A DNA stretch of 64,000 nt, taken from Candidatus Micrarchaeota archaeon CG1_02_47_40. Lineage in GTDB: Archaea > Micrarchaeota > Micrarchaeia > Anstonellales > CG1-02-47-40. A model generated the notes under the pieces. That model saw only the letters and a program-made list of their open reading frames with translations. It searched no databases and was not told the DNA's origin. The stretch spans positions 13,114 through 77,113 of the forward strand of contig MNVE01000009.1 in NCBI GenBank assembly GCA_001871475.1. Reading direction: 5' to 3'. Both the position numbers and the translations under genes were made by a program. Below, one piece after another: positions 17,852 to 26,902 of this stretch. Within the stretch, counting starts at the first letter, position 1. Every line of letters begins with the position of its first letter.

Positions 17852-19182
17852 GTGCCGTGCTCCCAAGCCGTTGAGTATTCTATTTGCTCTTTTGTCGGCT
17901 TTGGGAGAATTATTCCCTGCGAGAAGAGCGCCAATCTTGCAACCTCATCATCTATTCCGCAAGGCACGCTTATCACGCCTGCTTTCAGCTTCCCTTTATT
18001 CTTCACTAAGTATTCTGCCGAAAGCGCCTGCACTGCAAAGGAGCCATCCATTATTTCTATCGGATGCCCCTGCCCGGAAGGGCGCGCCAGATTCACCAAT
18101 CTTCCCTCTGAAAGGAGGTAAATGCATTTTCCATTTTTGAGAGTGAAGCACTCCAGATTCTCCTTGAGCACTTCTTTTCTTGCGCCCTTTTTTGTAATCC
18201 CCTCTATATCTATTTCGTTGTTGAAATGCCCCGCGTTGCAAACTATCGCGCCGTTTTTCATCTTTTCAATGTGTGAAACGTCTATCGCATTCTTGTTGCC
18301 TGTTGCGGTTATGAAAATGTCCCCTAATGAAGCCGCCTCATCAATTCCCATCACCCTAAAGCCGTCGTAGAGCGCTTCCAGCGCGCGGTGGCAGCCGGAT
18401 TCGCGCTTCTGTTGCGCGGAGGCGGGTTTGCATGCCCCGTCCTCCGTCCCGATTCCGCTTTCTCCAAGCCTGCTTCCTATCTCGCAAACTATTACGCTTG
18501 CGCCCATTCCCCGCAAACGTGAGGCAATTCCCCTTCCGCACCAGCCGTATCCGAGCACAACTGCGGTTTTTCCCGCAATCAGCTTGTTTGTTATTCTCAT
18601 TATCGCATCCAATGTGCTCTGCCCTGTGCCATATCTATTATCAAATAGATGTTTTGAGTATGCGTCATTCACGCTCATTACTGGAAATTTCAGCTTGCCT
18701 GCACTCTGCATCGCTTTCAGCCTTATCACCCCGGTGGTGGTTTCCTCGCACGCGCCTATTATTTGCGGGAGGAGTTCTTGCCGCTTGCCATGCAATAGGT
18801 TAATCAAATCGCATCCGTCATCTATCACTATTTGGGGCTTCTGCTCCAGCACTGCATTCAGACATCCATAATATTCTTCCTTTGACTGCCCGCTCCATGC
18901 AAATATTTCCATCTTCTTTGAGAGGGCGGCTGCAACAGAATCATCCGTTGTAAGCGGGTTGCAGGAAGAGGCGGCAATTTCTGCCCCGCCGGCTTGCAGA
19001 GTCTCAAGCAGTATGCCTGTTTTCTTCTCAAGATGCAATGCAACGGAGATGCGCACTCCTTTCAGGGGTTTTTCCTTCTCAAATCTTTCCCTTATTCCTG
19101 AAAGTATGGGCATGTTTTCCCTTGCCCAGGAAAGCTCTTTTTCTCCGGCAGCTGAAAGTGATATGTTTTTTACTTTGCTCAT
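17848..19182 (-). CDS. ahcY: S-adenosyl-L-homocysteine hydrolase, with an approximately 27-aa in-frame insertion in the NAD-binding domain
   Basis: Conserved SAHH blocks (NLLHGKRQ, GYGWCGRG). The usual EIDPI..ALQAAMEGY stretch is replaced by EIGSRLGESGIGTEDGACKPASAQQKRESGC-HRALEALYDGF. Confidence 0.85.
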   Translation of the reverse strand: MSKVKNISLSAAGEKELSWARENMPILSGIRERFEKEKPLKGVRISVALHLEKKTGILLETLQAGGAEIAASSCNPLTTDDSVAAALSKKMEIFAWSGQSKEEYYGCLNAVLEQKPQIVIDDGCDLINLLHGKRQELLPQIIGACEETTTGVIRLKAMQSAGKLKFPVMSVNDAYSKHLFDNRYGTGQSTLDAIMRITNKLIAGKTAVVLGYGWCGRGIASRLRGMGASVIVCEIGSRLGESGIGTEDGACKPASAQQKRESGCHRALEALYDGFRVMGIDEAASLGDIFITATGNKNAIDVSHIEKMKNGAIVCNAGHFNNEIDIEGITKKGARKEVLKENLECFTLKNGKCIYLLSEGRLVNLARPSGQGHPIEIMDGSFAVQALSAEYLVKNKGKLKAGVISVPCGIDDEVARLALFSQGIILPKPTKEQIEYSTAWEHGT

Positions 19183-19222
19183 GGAAATTGTTTGGAGGAA
19201 GAGATTTAAGAGGATATTGGAA

Positions 19223-20158
19223 ATGGCAAAAACACCTTCTTTGTTTGCAATCGGAACGCCAGTAATTGATTACTTTGCGAAAGTGCAAAGTGGAGAGTTT
19301 GGCGCGCTTGGGCTTAAGAGGGGTTCTACGAATCATTTTTTGGAAGGAGAAAAAATAGGGGAAATGCAGAAAAAATTGAAAATAATCGCAAAGGTGCCTG
19401 GGGACAATGCGCGGAATGCCTGCGAGGGTTTTTCCTCACTTGGGGGAAAGACAGAATATTTCGGGGCGGTCGGAAATGATGAAGATGGAAAGTTTTTTCT
19501 TGATGGGCTGGAGAGGGCAAAGATTGGCTCGCTTGTTGGAAGAATCAGCAAGCATTCAACTGGAAGGATAATCGCCCTAATTGATGAGGGATTTGAGAGA
19601 ACGTTTGCCGCTTACTTGGGGGCTGGGCTTGAGCTTGAAGGGAAGGAAATAGGGAGAATTGGCTCTGCCGATTTCTTTTACACCACTTCTATTACTACAA
19701 GCGGAAAAAATAAAACTGCGGAAACTGCAAAGAAGGCGCTGAAAAATGCGAAAGAAAGAGGAGTGAGAATCGCCTATTCCATTGAAAGCCCGAAAATGGC
19801 TGCGGAGGAAAAGGAAAGGATTTGGGAAGAAGTGAACGAGTTTGCAGATATTCTATTTGCGAATGAAGAGGAATTGAAAGCGCTTGGAAGGAATATGGAG
19901 GAGATAACGAGCCGCGTAAAAATTTTCTGCCTGAAGAGAGGAGCGAATGGAAGTGAAATATATTCAGAAGGGAAGGTTGTGAGAATCCCTGCACAAGAGG
20001 TTGAGAGCGTTATAGACACTACCGGGGCAGGGGATTGGTATGCCGGCGGGTTTCTTTTTGGGATTGGCAGCGGGAAGAATGCAAAGGAAAGTGGGGATAT
20101 CGCCTCAAAATTAGCTTCAAGGATAATGGGAAGGTTGGGGGCGAGTTTGAAATATTAG
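19223..20158 (+). CDS. PfkB-family carbohydrate/nucleoside kinase (possible adenosine kinase)
   Basis: DTTGAGD motif. The internal Met start avoids overlap with ahcY. Divergent from ahcY. Confidence 0.65.
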   Translation: MAKTPSLFAIGTPVIDYFAKVQSGEFGALGLKRGSTNHFLEGEKIGEMQKKLKIIAKVPGDNARNACEGFSSLGGKTEYFGAVGNDEDGKFFLDGLERAKIGSLVGRISKHSTGRIIALIDEGFERTFAAYLGAGLELEGKEIGRIGSADFFYTTSITTSGKNKTAETAKKALKNAKERGVRIAYSIESPKMAAEEKERIWEEVNEFADILFANEEELKALGRNMEEITSRVKIFCLKRGANGSEIYSEGKVVRIPAQEVESVIDTTGAGDWYAGGFLFGIGSGKNAKESGDIASKLASRIMGRLGASLKY

Positions 20159-20187
20159 AAAGGTTTATATATCTCTAATTATAGATA

Positions 20188-20207
20188 ATATCACTAAAAA
20201 GTGATAT
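20188..20207. promoter_or_regulatory. palindrome ATATCAC-N6-GTGATAT (and near-palindrome TATCTCTAATTATAGATA at 20166-20190) upstream of TA-like module 3
   Basis: Read directly from the sequence. Lies immediately upstream of the likely ATG at 20210. Confidence 0.35.
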
Positions 20208-20209
20208 AT

Positions 20210-20875
20210 ATGAAACCGACAAGCAGAGAAACCTACAGAATTATTCGCGCAATGCTGCGGATGAAAAGATTTACCCAATATGAGATAAGCAAAAAGGAAA
20301 AAATTACTTTCAGCCTCGTAAACCGCACGGTCAATTGGTTTGTTCAGCATGGATATGCTGCAAAACGGGAAGGGGAATATGAAATAACTGCGCCTGCTGC
20401 AATATTCGGGCTTTTCCCCCTCTACCGGAGCCTCAAGCCATACGCTGTTTTTGATGTGAATGTGAAAAGGGAGCGGGCTTTGGGGTTGGTAAAGAAAAGG
20501 GGGGCGCTGTGCCTGACCAGCGCGCTCTCATATCACGGCGACTATTATCGCGACCCGGCAGTTCATGCTTATCTTGATGATGAAAAAATTATTGAAGAAT
20601 TAAAACGAATGCCAAAGGGTTACTGCCGCATTGAACTTTACAGGGAAGATTTGAATAAGGATGATTTTGAGCAGACGAAGTCTGCGAAATACGTGTCCGA
20701 TGGAGGAAACCGGCAAAGGTTTCCGACAGACTTGTCCGAAGGACAAGCAGAAGGACACGGTATTGAGAAAGCAGGTAAGTATATCGTAACGAACAAAATT
20801 AGAACGATAATTGATTTGTTTTGCGCCAACAAGGCGTATGCGGCTGAAGGATTGATTAAAACGGAGTGGGCTTGA
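20210..20875 (+). CDS. AbiEi-like wHTH regulator (module 3); C-terminal region overlaps a hairpin repeat element
   Basis: N-terminal wHTH and a SALSYHGDYY AbiEi-type motif. Nucleotides 20669-20700 and the palindromes at 20704-20747 match the repeat family seen at 61741-61773. Confidence 0.4.
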   Translation: MKPTSRETYRIIRAMLRMKRFTQYEISKKEKITFSLVNRTVNWFVQHGYAAKREGEYEITAPAAIFGLFPLYRSLKPYAVFDVNVKRERALGLVKKRGALCLTSALSYHGDYYRDPAVHAYLDDEKIIEELKRMPKGYCRIELYREDLNKDDFEQTKSAKYVSDGGNRQRFPTDLSEGQAEGHGIEKAGKYIVTNKIRTIIDLFCANKAYAAEGLIKTEWA

Positions 20876-21610
20876 ATGAAAGAGCTTTACGCAAAGGAGA
20901 TTACCGATTCTAGCCTGAAAGAATTGGAGGAAATGGCGCGCTGGTACAATGAAAAAATCGGGAATTATCCGATTATTGTCGGAGGCTGGGCGGTTTATTT
21001 TTACATCGGCGGGCTTGGCTCAAAGGATATTGATGTCGTGTTCCTTGGCGACAGGGCGAAGGATGCGACTTTGGCGGCGTATTTCCATTCCCATGGATAT
21101 GCTGAAAAGCGCAGGGATTTTTTTGATAAGGAATACGTGAAAAAAGTGAAGGCAGGAGATAGGGAAATTGAGATAATAATAGACGCGGTTTCTGCAAAGA
21201 GAACAATTCTTTTTGACGGAAAAGACGCAAGAATCCCCTGGAGCCTGGCTGCAAAGCATAATGTTGAACGGAAAATAGGCTCGGCGAGTGTTTGTTTGCC
21301 GACTAAAGAACTGCTCCTGACATACAAACTTGGCGCGGTCTTGGGAAGAAGCATTCTTCTAAAAACAAGCCCTGAATTTGATTATTACCGCTCAAAGCTT
21401 TGGAAGGATGTTTATGATGCTGCCAGCTTGGCGGGCTTGAAGATTGAGCAGAAGACTGTTTGGGGGTTTCTTGGGCAGACCGGGCTGAAAAAATACGCTA
21501 AAGAAATAATGCAGATTATAGAGGCAAACTTTGATGAAGAGGCGAAATCGCTTGCGGGAGAGGAAGGTTTTCTGAAGATTAGAGGGATGCTTGGGGAAGA
21601 TTGGAGGTAA
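20876..21610 (+). CDS. nucleotidyltransferase-fold protein (non-DUF1814 type), putative toxin partner
   Basis: GGWAVYFYIGGLGSKDIDVVF fits the G[GS]x(n)DhD minimal NTase motif. The gene starts 1 bp after the upstream stop. Confidence 0.45.
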   Translation: MKELYAKEITDSSLKELEEMARWYNEKIGNYPIIVGGWAVYFYIGGLGSKDIDVVFLGDRAKDATLAAYFHSHGYAEKRRDFFDKEYVKKVKAGDREIEIIIDAVSAKRTILFDGKDARIPWSLAAKHNVERKIGSASVCLPTKELLLTYKLGAVLGRSILLKTSPEFDYYRSKLWKDVYDAASLAGLKIEQKTVWGFLGQTGLKKYAKEIMQIIEANFDEEAKSLAGEEGFLKIRGMLGEDWR

Positions 21611-21628
21611 ATTTGAGATGTTGATCTT

Positions 21629-23857
21629 TCACTGCTTTCCAGCCAGCACGTATTTTATCAGCTGTTCGCCTGAAGAGGAGAAGCGTATCGTGCTTATCGG
21701 AGTTTCGTAGCTCTCTATCGTTTTTGCGCTGTCAGCAATTGCAGCCGCAAACTCAACCGGTGCGCTGTAATTAAGGAGACTTGAGAGTATGATGTTTGTC
21801 ACCTCTCCTCTTCCGGTTGAGGTGTAGGAGATGAAATTAAGGTTTGTGTTCGGATTTGCCATTAAGTAGTCTGCTGTTGAGCCTGCACTGCCGCAGCTTC
21901 CGGGAATGAAGAGGATGTTTCCGGTGCTGTTTGAAAAGATGTTTGCAGGGAAGTTGTCATTCAGAGAATAAGAATGCCCTCTGAAGGTGAAGACGAGGTT
22001 TTGGTATTCGGATAACTTCTCTTTTATGAAGGATTGATTTTCCTGTTCATTTTCACCCATGTAGATAATTATTCTTCTGCCTCCCTTTTCATAGATGAAT
22101 TCGTTTTCAGAAGCCTTCTTCGGCGCTCCGTATTCTTTTTTGAACCGGTCTTTGGTCAGGCTCCAATGATCGTCTCTTTGCATGTCCTCCCTGTCAAATA
22201 CCTGCACTGCGGTTATGAAGCCGTCAGAATTGAGGTAACTGTTTGGGTTGAATTTGGTTTGTTTTTGGAGGTTTGCAATTTCTTGCTTTTGGGAGTTTGA
22301 AAGGAGGGTTGTTTCTGGATTGAGCAGATAAAGGGAGTATTCAAGGGCTCTCTGGATTTGTTTTTCCGACTCTGGAATTGCGGTCAGCCTTTCGGTTATG
22401 ATGCCCTGGAGCTTCTCCTTGTTTAGGACTTCCGACTTAATTGCGCTGTTTATTCCGTTTGCAAGAAGGGAGTAGTATTGCGCGTCAAAAACGGTGTTTG
22501 AGATTGGGGTTATAAGCGCCTTTGCCGCGCTGTTTATTTCTTCTTTTTTTAAGAGGGAGTTTCCCCTCCCGAACAATCTGTCGTAGTTTATTGCACGGAA
22601 AAGGAAGTTTCTGCCCAGTTCGGAGTCAAAGGAAACTCCTGCTATTTCCTTTAGGTATTCCTCAACTGTTTTTCCTTTCAGGTCTTTTTTTAATCTGTCA
22701 AAGAGATGGTCGTTTGTAGAGGTGTAGAAATATTCCGGTTTTGAGCAGAGGAAGGAGAATACTTGAACTGTGGTTAGAGAGGAGAGATATTTCATTCTTT
22801 CAGGCGTGTTGTCATGCAAATCGTCTAACGGTCTTCCGAGTTCTATTGCGAACATTGTGGAAAGGTGAAAGAGAAGTTGAGTTATTGTTATGTCATTTCT
22901 TGTGTATTTTAGGAATGCATTGTTTTCATCTGGGTTTGAAAGAAGGGAGGAGAAGGAGCGGAATGCTCTCCAAGTGGCATCTCCTTGGGTGTTTGAGATT
23001 ATTGCAGTAAAGATGGGGTTCCAGTATCTGTCTATCCAGCTTTCATTGAAGTTTGGGTTTGAGAGAAGGAAGGAGAAGGAGCTGAATTCTTCCCAGGTGG
23101 CGTCTCCTTTGGTGTTTGAGATTATTGCGTTTACTGTTTGGATGAGGGTGTTGATAAGGTAAACCAGACTTTGCGGATTTATCCAATCTTCTTGGAAGTT
23201 TGGGTTTGAAAGAAGGAAGGAGAAGGAGCTGAATGCGTATCTGGTGGCGTCTCCTTGGGTGTTTGAGGTTATTGCGTTTGTCGTTTGGATGAGATTGTCA
23301 ATAAGATATTGTTCGCTTTGCGGGTTTATCCAGTCTTCTGTGAAGTTTGGGTTTGAAAGAAGGGAGGAGAAGGAGCGGAATACTCTCCAAGTGGCATCTC
23401 CTTGGGTGTTTGAGATTATTGCGTTTACTGTTTGGATGAGGGTGTTGATAAGGTAAACCAGACTTTGCGGAGTTATCCAATCTTCTTGGAAGTTTGGGTT
23501 TGAAAGAAGGAAGGAGAAGTAGCTGAATGCGTAATAGGTGGCGTCTCCTTGGATGTTTTTTGCTATGTAAAGAGCTGTTTCAAAGGCTTTTTCATTGAAG
23601 TTTGGGTTTGAAAGAAGGGAGGAGAAGGAGCGGAATGCTCTCCAAGTGGCATCTCCTTGGGTGTTTTTTAGTATATGCGCGACCGCAGCATAAACGATTG
23701 TGTTTTCCTGCATCTTTTTCTTTATATCTGGCGGGATTTCGCTTTCTCTCTGTTTTATTATGTCATTCATCCAGGGTTCTATTATCGGAGTTGGGATGGT
23801 TTGGGATAAGCCGCTTGGCTTCTCTGTTTCTTGAAAGCGTATTTGGAAAATCAGCAT
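21629..23857 (-). CDS. large repeat protein: about seven ~45-aa tandem repeats N-terminal, C-terminal region with possible caspase/CHAT-like His...Cys dyad
   Basis: Repeat unit NTQGDATWRAFRSFSSLLSNPNF(N/Q)EDWI.PQS..YLI..LIQT.NAI.S. The C-terminal part reads RRIIIYMG...FTFRGHSYS...ILFIPGSCGSAGS. Confidence 0.5.
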   Translation of the reverse strand: MLIFQIRFQETEKPSGLSQTIPTPIIEPWMNDIIKQRESEIPPDIKKKMQENTIVYAAVAHILKNTQGDATWRAFRSFSSLLSNPNFNEKAFETALYIAKNIQGDATYYAFSYFSFLLSNPNFQEDWITPQSLVYLINTLIQTVNAIISNTQGDATWRVFRSFSSLLSNPNFTEDWINPQSEQYLIDNLIQTTNAITSNTQGDATRYAFSSFSFLLSNPNFQEDWINPQSLVYLINTLIQTVNAIISNTKGDATWEEFSSFSFLLSNPNFNESWIDRYWNPIFTAIISNTQGDATWRAFRSFSSLLSNPDENNAFLKYTRNDITITQLLFHLSTMFAIELGRPLDDLHDNTPERMKYLSSLTTVQVFSFLCSKPEYFYTSTNDHLFDRLKKDLKGKTVEEYLKEIAGVSFDSELGRNFLFRAINYDRLFGRGNSLLKKEEINSAAKALITPISNTVFDAQYYSLLANGINSAIKSEVLNKEKLQGIITERLTAIPESEKQIQRALEYSLYLLNPETTLLSNSQKQEIANLQKQTKFNPNSYLNSDGFITAVQVFDREDMQRDDHWSLTKDRFKKEYGAPKKASENEFIYEKGGRRIIIYMGENEQENQSFIKEKLSEYQNLVFTFRGHSYSLNDNFPANIFSNSTGNILFIPGSCGSAGSTADYLMANPNTNLNFISYTSTGRGEVTNIILSSLLNYSAPVEFAAAIADSAKTIESYETPISTIRFSSSGEQLIKYVLAGKQ
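22870..23740. repeat. approximately 135-bp tandem coding repeats (about 7 copies) inside the repeat-protein gene
   Basis: Recurring DNA blocks such as gaagtttgggtttgaaagaagg...gtggcatctccttgggtgtttgagattattgc visible on the plus strand. Confidence 0.7.
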
Positions 23858-25125
23858 ATTTTTTCCGCCTCGTTCTCTGCCTTCTCAATCACTTTCTCCT
23901 CGTCAAAGGAGAGTATTTTTCTCTCCTGCATTATGAGTTTTCCGTCAATTATTACGTCCATTACATTTCCCGCGTGCGCGGAATAAACTATATTTGAGAT
24001 TAAGTTGTGCGCAGGCTGTAAATTCACGGCTTTCGCGTCCAGCAGAATCAAATCTGCTAATTTTCCAGGTGTTATTTCCCCTGCATTAATTCCGAGGGCT
24101 TTAGCCCCTCCTTTTGTTGCAAATGCGAATGCCTCCTGCGCCTTAATCACTTCTGCGTCCCATCTTGCGTGCTTTTGCAGTAAAGAACAGGATTTCATTT
24201 CCTCAAACATGGAAAGGGAATTGTTGCTTGCGGCTCCGTCAGTGCCTAAGGAGATGGTGCAGCCTGCCCCCATCAATTCAGGAAGAGGAGCAGCGCCCCC
24301 TCCCGCTAATTTCATATTGGAAACAGGGCAGTGTGAAATGGATACGCCCTTCTTCCCAAGCAAAACCGCTTCCTGCGCTGAAATCCAAACACAGTGAGCG
24401 GCTAACACGCGCGGAGAGAGAAAGCCGAGTGAATCAAGGTAATCAACAGGCCTTTTGTTGGTTTTCTGCATTATCTGAAATAGCTCTTCCCTTGTTTCCG
24501 AAAGGTGAAGATGTATTTTGCAGTTGAGTTTATTGGCAATTTGCGCGGAGGATTGCAAAAGCTCCGAAGAGCATGTAATTGGAGAATGGGGCGCAATGCA
24601 AGTGCTTATTCTCCCTTCTTCTTTTCCGTTCCATTCCCGCGCAAACCTTTCTCCCTCCTTTAGTTCCTTTTCTCTTTTCCCTTCATCCCCTAAATCAACC
24701 ATCCCATAGCCGAGCATTGAGCGCATCCCTGAATCTGAAACTGCCTTTGCCACAGAATCCATCTGAAAATACATATCTGAAAAGGAAGTTGTGCCGCTTT
24801 TTATCATCTCGCAAATTCCAAGCATCGCGCCTGCATGCACGCTTTGCGCATTCATTTTCTTTTCAACAGGCCATATTCTTTCCTTGAGCCATTTGTGCAA
24901 TTCCATATCGTCCGCATAGCCGCGTAAAAGGCTCATTGCGGTATGGGCATGCGTATTCGCAAAACCCGGAAGAAGGAGCTTGCCTGATGCGTTTATTTTG
25001 TGCTCTGCAGAAGCGTTGATGCCTGGTGACGCCCTTGAAATTGTATTCCCCTCAATGAGCACATCGCATTTTTTCGCCTTTCCTTCGCGCGTTATTGCTG
25101 TTGCGTCTTTTATCAGAATTGACAT
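23851..25125 (-). CDS. mtaD: amidohydrolase, 5-methylthioadenosine/S-adenosylhomocysteine deaminase-like
   Basis: HTHAHTAM metal-binding motif, LGTDGAASNNSL and HCPVSNMKLA motifs typical of the MtaD/guanine deaminase subfamily. Confidence 0.75.
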   Translation of the reverse strand: MSILIKDATAITREGKAKKCDVLIEGNTISRASPGINASAEHKINASGKLLLPGFANTHAHTAMSLLRGYADDMELHKWLKERIWPVEKKMNAQSVHAGAMLGICEMIKSGTTSFSDMYFQMDSVAKAVSDSGMRSMLGYGMVDLGDEGKREKELKEGERFAREWNGKEEGRISTCIAPHSPITCSSELLQSSAQIANKLNCKIHLHLSETREELFQIMQKTNKRPVDYLDSLGFLSPRVLAAHCVWISAQEAVLLGKKGVSISHCPVSNMKLAGGGAAPLPELMGAGCTISLGTDGAASNNSLSMFEEMKSCSLLQKHARWDAEVIKAQEAFAFATKGGAKALGINAGEITPGKLADLILLDAKAVNLQPAHNLISNIVYSAHAGNVMDVIIDGKLIMQERKILSFDEEKVIEKAENEAEKIC

Positions 25126-25180
25126 AGGATAAGTGTTTGAAGGGGAGCGTTTTTAATGTTTGTAGGGGTTTGAGTTTCCG

Positions 25181-25540
25181 ATGCTTTCACTTGGCGGGCA
25201 GCAATTGCGCATTTTGGCTCTCTTTCTTTCACTTTTAGGTCTTGTTTTTCTCTTTTTCATACTTCAGGCTGAATATGCGAAAATGGAAGTTTCGCAAATA
25301 AAGGGAAGAGGAGAGGGAGAGAGGGTTTTCTTTTCGGGAATTGTGGAGAAAATTGATTACGCCGATTGGGGAGCGAAAATTTCCGTTTGCGACTCAAATG
25401 CCTGCATAAATGTAAAGGTGGAAAATGAAAAATATAATGCCGCCCTTCTCTCAAGAGGGGGGATTGTGAGGGTTTGGGGCGCTGTAGAGGAATATATGGG
25501 GGGAAAGAGCGTTAGTGCGGACAAGATTGAAAGAGCGTGA
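25181..25540 (+). CDS. small membrane-anchored hypothetical protein
   Basis: N-terminal TM helix followed by a roughly 80-aa soluble domain. Start uncertain. Confidence 0.3.
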   Translation: MLSLGGQQLRILALFLSLLGLVFLFFILQAEYAKMEVSQIKGRGEGERVFFSGIVEKIDYADWGAKISVCDSNACINVKVENEKYNAALLSRGGIVRVWGAVEEYMGGKSVSADKIERA

Positions 25541-25552
25541 ATACTGAAAAGT

Positions 25553-26851
25553 TTGAGCGTGTGCAGTATGATTGTTTACGCAATAATTCTCATTCTTGGA
25601 ATTCTTTTAGGCGTTTTTAGCGGGCTTCTTCCCGGCTTGCACCCGAATACGATTTCAGCCATCCTTGCAGGCAGTTTCTCTGGCGACTATTTAGGGGTTT
25701 TCATAGTTGCGCTTTTCGGGGCGCAGATAATGTTCGCATTCATCCCTTCCATATTTTTTGGGATACCCGATAGTGAAACGGTTTTGTCCGTGCTTCCAGG
25801 GCACCGCCTGGCAAGGGAGGGAAGGGGAATTGAAGCGTTGAAGGTATGCGCAATTTCCGCAGTCTGTGCCGCAATCCTCTCAATGCTTCTCCTTCCCCTT
25901 GCACTTTTCCTCTACCCGCTTGCTTACGGTATTGTGAAGGAGGGAGTTTGGATTTTGCTGCTGATTGCAATTGCAGTATTTGTTTTGCAAGAGAAGGGAA
26001 TTAAGGGAAAGGCGTCTGCCCTTCTTGTGGCAGTGCTTTCAGGCATGCTTGGTTATTTGGTGCTGAACTCGCAGGTGAATGATTCCCTCTTTCCATTATT
26101 TTGCGGGCTTTTTGCGGTAAGCGGAATGCTGTTTGCAATGAAAAGCAGGGAAAGTATTGCAGGAAATCAGGCTGAGGTGCGCCGCGTGCGCTTTGATTTT
26201 TGGAAGGAGGTGCTGCTTGGAACCGCGCTTGGCTTTTTTGCCGATTTGCTGCCTGGAATTTCATCCCCTGCGCAGATGGCTCTGCTTGGGGGGATTTTTT
26301 TTGGAGGGGTGCGTTATGCCGGAGGCAGGATGCGGGAGGGGCAGAAAAGCGCAGATAATGAAGCGGAAGGAAAAAGCAGAGTTGATGAAACGGAAGGAAA
26401 AAACAAATCTGATGAAGCGGAAGGGAACGATGCAAGAAAATACCTTGCATTGATAGCGGCAATTGCGGTTTCGCAGGGGGTTTTTGCATTTGCTTCTCTT
26501 GAAGGGATTGGAAAGGCAAGAGTGGGGGCGCTTGCAATCGCAGGTGAAACAACAGGAGGGAGCATTTACTGGATGGCAGGGGTGTTTGCAATTGCAATCG
26601 GAATGGCGGCGCTTTTACTTTCCCTTTTTGCAGGCGCACTTAAGAGATTTGATTTTGGAAGGGTGAAATCCGTTTACCCCGCGATAATTGCGTATTTGGC
26701 ATTGGCAGTATTTCTCGTGTGCGGCATTGAGGGGGTTGCCATTCTGGCGGTTTCGGCAATAATAGGATGCCTGCCGGTCCTTTTCGGGGTTTCAAGGATA
26801 CATGTGATGGGGTGCATAATAATTCCGACAGTGCTCTTGTATTTGTTCTGA
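25553..26851 (+). CDS. multi-pass membrane protein, TctA/DUF112-like
   Basis: About 12 predicted TM helices and recurring G..PG(L/I) motifs. There is an acidic insert (EAEGKSRVDETEGKNKSDEAEG) in a cytoplasmic loop. Confidence 0.4.
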   Translation: MSVCSMIVYAIILILGILLGVFSGLLPGLHPNTISAILAGSFSGDYLGVFIVALFGAQIMFAFIPSIFFGIPDSETVLSVLPGHRLAREGRGIEALKVCAISAVCAAILSMLLLPLALFLYPLAYGIVKEGVWILLLIAIAVFVLQEKGIKGKASALLVAVLSGMLGYLVLNSQVNDSLFPLFCGLFAVSGMLFAMKSRESIAGNQAEVRRVRFDFWKEVLLGTALGFFADLLPGISSPAQMALLGGIFFGGVRYAGGRMREGQKSADNEAEGKSRVDETEGKNKSDEAEGNDARKYLALIAAIAVSQGVFAFASLEGIGKARVGALAIAGETTGGSIYWMAGVFAIAIGMAALLLSLFAGALKRFDFGRVKSVYPAIIAYLALAVFLVCGIEGVAILAVSAIIGCLPVLFGVSRIHVMGCIIIPTVLLYLF

Positions 26852-26876
26852 ATTGCCAGCACAAAACAAAACGTTT

Positions 26877-26899
26877 ATAATAAACAAATTGTTTATTAT
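26877..26899. promoter_or_regulatory. perfect inverted repeat ATAATAAACAA-A-TTGTTTATTAT upstream of AbiEi-2
   Basis: Read directly from the sequence; it ends 4 bp before ATG 26903. Confidence 0.4.
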
Positions 26900-26902
26900 T
26901 GC

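Noticed and set aside
18959-19222. N-terminal extensions of several ORFs (e.g. kinase from 18959, uvrB from 31676, uvrC from 39885, abiEi from 4789 and 55940)
   Set aside because: The upstream portions overlap neighbouring genes or operator palindromes and lack homology-like sequence. Internal Met codons that align with the expected protein N-termini were preferred.
22890-23456. Plus-strand ORFs 22890-23162, 23244-23456 and others inside the repeat-protein gene
   Set aside because: They are mirror ORFs created by the approximately 135-bp tandem repeats on the opposite strand (near-identical translations). They sit entirely within the better-supported minus-strand gene.
22870-23740. Possible CRISPR array (regular repeats)
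   Set aside because: The repeats are about 135 bp, lie in frame inside a long ORF, and have no repeat-spacer architecture or cas genes. The 72-bp tandem in aroD is likewise coding. No CRISPR array is present in the window.
26001-26666. ORFs 26001-26639 (minus) and 26157-26453 (plus) inside the TctA-like membrane protein gene
   Set aside because: Overlapping or antisense to a long hydrophobic multi-TM ORF. Pro/Gln-rich shadow frames.
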